A stretch of DNA of 55,149 nt from contig JAWOID010000106.1 in NCBI GenBank assembly GCA_046484865.1, positions 1-55,149 on the forward strand. The letters are read 5' to 3'. The stretch comes from Candidatus Krumholzibacteriia bacterium (lineage in GTDB: Bacteria > Krumholzibacteriota > Krumholzibacteriia > LZORAL124-64-63). Shown here piece by piece: positions 50,110 through 55,149 of this stretch (its first letter is position 1; each line of letters begins with the position of its first letter). The translations under genes were made by a program, and so were the position numbers. The notes beneath the pieces are model-generated. The model ran no database searches. It was not told the DNA's origin and saw only the letters and a list, made by a program, of their open reading frames with translations.

Positions 50110-51773
50110 GTGACGAACCCCTTCCAGCCGGCTGTCCCGTCGCGTGGCGGTCAGCCGACCCCCCATCCATTCCTCGACGCCGTGCTGCCGGAGATCGAGC
50201 GACTCGTGACGGCAGTCGCCGGCGAGAGCCACTCCGGGCCCGGCCTGCTGGTGGCGCTTTCCGGCGGTCCCGACTCGGTGGCCCTGCTCCGCGTCGCCTG
50301 CGTCTGGGCGGCCGCCGGCGGCCGTCCGCTCGTCGCGGCCCACCTGAATCACCGGCTGCGCGGAGCGGCCGCCGACGCCGACGAGGCGTTCTGTCGCGAT
50401 CTCTGCGCCGGCCTCGGGGTGCCGCTGCACGTGGAGCGGGCCGACCCGCGGCCTCTCGCGCGCGAGCGCGGGCAGGGCCTGGAGGAAGCCGGGCGCGTGC
50501 TGCGCCGGCGGTGGTTCCGCAACGTCCTGGCCGATCGGCCGGATCTGGCCGGGGTGGCCACGGGACACCATCGCGACGACCAGGTGGAAACGGTGGTCAT
50601 GCGTCTGTTCCGCGGCACCGGCATCGACGGTCTCGCGGGCATCCGGCCGCGGCAGGGCCGGGTCCTGCATCCCCTGCTCGGCGTCACACGAGTCGAGATC
50701 CTGGCTTACCTCGACGGTCTGGGGCAGCCCTACCGCCGGGACGCCACCAACGTCGAGGGCGATGCCACCCGCACCCGGGTGCGTCGCGAACTCCTGCCGC
50801 TGGTCCGGGCCATCTTCGGCCCGGCGGCCGCCATCGCACCGGCGCGCCTGGCCGCCCTGGCCGCCGCCGAGAGCGCCTACCTCGACGAACTGGCCGCAGG
50901 CGCGCTCGCATCGGCACGGGCGCCGGCCTCCGCCGGCGACGGCCCCGCCGGTCTGAGCGTGACGGCACTGCTGGACCTGCCGCCGGTGCTGGCGCGCCGG
51001 GTGCTCCGAGTGTATCTGGGTCTCGGCTCGCAAGGTCCGGACACACCCGCGTCGACGCCGGCCGGACGAGCCGCAACGGCGAGCGCAGACGCGCCGGCCG
51101 GCCCGGGCGCCCCGATCGCGCAGCCGGCGCTCACCGATGAGCCGCCCGATCCGGGGCTCAGCCGCGAGCACCTGGAGGAACTGCTGCAGTGGCTGCGGGC
51201 CGGCCGCTCGGGCCAGTCGCTGGATCTGCCGGGCGGACGCACGGCCCGGCGCGAGTTCGACACCCTTCACGTGACCCGGCAACCGCCGTCGGCGTTCGCG
51301 GACGCGGCGGAGCGCCCGGAGCGGCAGTGGCGGATCTCCGTCGAGCCGCAGTCGGGAACCACGGCTGCCTCGGAGCGTTTCTCCGGGTGTTCCCGCAGCC
51401 TGCGACCGGACCGGGAGTTGACGGTCCCGGCCGACGCCCTCAGCGGCGCGGTCCGGGTTCGCGGCTGGCGAGCCGGCGACGCCATCGCAGCCTTCGGTCT
51501 CGGCGGTCACAAGAAGGTGTCCGACCTGCTCCGGGAGCGTCGCATCCCCCGTTCGCGGCGGCACCGGGTCGTGGTGGTGGAGGACGGTGCCGGCATCCTC
51601 TGGATCCCCGGCATCGAGCAGGCCGAGCGGACGCGACTGTTGCCGTCCACCCGGAGGACAGTTACCATCCGGGTCGTTCCCCGTATCGCCGCACCCGCGC
51701 AGGAACGCGCCAAGAGCGACTCGCTTCCGGGCGCCACGAACCGCACGCTCCGCGGAAAGGATCGCGAACCTCG

Positions 51774-51777
<4 letters not shown>
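50110..51777 (+). CDS. tilS: tRNA(Ile)-lysidine synthase
   Basis: ALSGGPDS, HLNHRLRG, TGHHRDDQVET, DATN, RTRVR and HKKVSDLL motifs. Confidence 0.93.
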
Positions 51778-54034
<2,257 letters not shown>

Positions 54035-54038
<4 letters not shown>

Positions 54039-54901
54039 GCGTCCGCCGGGACGCGGCCGCCTGGGACATCGGCGGCCGCGTCCTGCAGGCTCCGGGCCGG
54101 CCGCTGGTCATGGGCATCGTCAACCTCTCCCCCGACAGCTTCCATCCGGGATCCCGGCGCCTCGCCCCCGAGGCGGCGGCCGATACAGCACTCGCCATGT
54201 TCGCCGCGGGTGCGGATCTGGTGGATCTGGGCGCCGAGTCGTCGCGTCCCGGTAGCGAGCCGGTGGGCACCGCCGAGGAACTGCGACGCCTGTTGCCAGC
54301 GCTCGCCGAGATCCGCGCGCGCACCGACCGCCCCGTGAGCGTGGACACCACGCGGGCCGAGACGGCCCGGGCCGCCCTGGACGCCGGCGCCGACGCCGTC
54401 AACGACATCACCGCCGGCACCCACGATCCGGAGATGCTCGCCCTCGCCGCCGGGTACGGCTGCGGCCTGGTGCTCATGCACATGCGCGGCACACCGGCGA
54501 CGATGCAGCACGACCCGCATTACGACGACGTGGTGGCCGAGGTGGGGGACTACCTGGCGGTGCGCGCGGCGGCGGCGGAGGACGCCGGGGTGGCGCGCGA
54601 ACGCATCGTCGTGGATCCAGGCATCGGGTTCGGCAAGACCCTGGGGCACAATCTCCGGCTGCTGGCGGCGCTACCGGCGGTCGCGGGCGACCGGTCCCTG
54701 CTCGTGGGCGCCTCGCGCAAGCGGTTCATCGAGTTCCTCACCGGCGCTCCGGTGCAGGCTCGGCTTCCGGGCAGCCTCGCCGCCGCGGCCCTCGCCCAGC
54801 GAGCAGGCGCGGCGGTGGTGCGGGTGCACGACGTGGCGGAGACGGTGCAGTTCCTGAAGGTGCTGGCAGCCATCGATGCCGAAACCCACACCGCCGATTG
54901 A
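54035..54901 (+). CDS. folP: Dihydropteroate synthase
   Basis: MGIVNLSPDSF, GAESSRPG, LMHMRGTP, DPGIGFGK, GASRK and RVHDV motifs. Confidence 0.97.
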
Positions 54902-55040
54902 GGCCGCCGTTCGGGCGTGCTATCGTGCCGCCGACGCCAGCTGATCGCCAGCAGGAAGGCTTGGACCTCCGCCATGTGGGACCGCAGCGCAACCAGTCTC
55001 CGCGACCTACGCAACTTTCGCGCCCCTTGCGCCTTTGCTC

Positions 55041-55069
55041 TTGCAATATCGTGCGCCATTCCGTAGAAT
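55041..55069 (+). promoter_or_regulatory. sigma70 promoter for a gene beyond the window
   Basis: TTGCAA-N17-TAGAAT in a locally AT-richer stretch. Confidence 0.6.
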
Positions 55070-55149
55070 CGTGAACGATACGTGCATGTTCGGCACATAC
55101 CTTCAAAACCCAGCGTGCAGCAATCGTTCAGCGGACCCGCCTCGCCCAG

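Overview
High-GC (roughly 70% by eye) chromosomal segment of a diderm bacterium. The PorV-like barrel, BNR-repeat protein, TPR proteins and LPS glycosyltransferases would fit an uncultured FCB-group lineage such as Krumholzibacteriota/Latescibacterota, but that is inference only. The window holds about 39 CDSs, mostly housekeeping and envelope genes: OmpA-domain protein, GT9/GT2, OPT transporter with divergent pepT, trxA, gltX, gmd, a HutH-like lyase, metH-metF, ilvC followed by a Yip1/MFP/two-permease efflux operon, and tilS-ftsH-folP. It also has three tRNAs (Glu-CTC, Gln-CTG, Met-CAT). No integrase, transposase, prophage or CRISPR array was seen. The most notable items: (1) a module at 10.8-13.4 kb with a secreted protein of six 19-aa DG[A/T]CG repeats, a Cys-containing PAS/sigma54 activator, overlapping TGCAAC-N6-GTTGCA palindromes and a sigma54-type promoter in front of thioredoxin; (2) an unannotated ~243-nt rod-like 6S-like RNA with extra hairpins at 16941-17183; (3) a palindromic MITE-like element at the window start that supplies the stop codon of the OmpA gene; (4) proteins with altered catalytic motifs (GHAMGG hydrolase, degenerate HExxH protein, ACG-type MIO lyase); (5) a MacAB/Ykn-like operon with no ATPase gene. 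All functional calls come from motif recognition by eye; no database searches were run.
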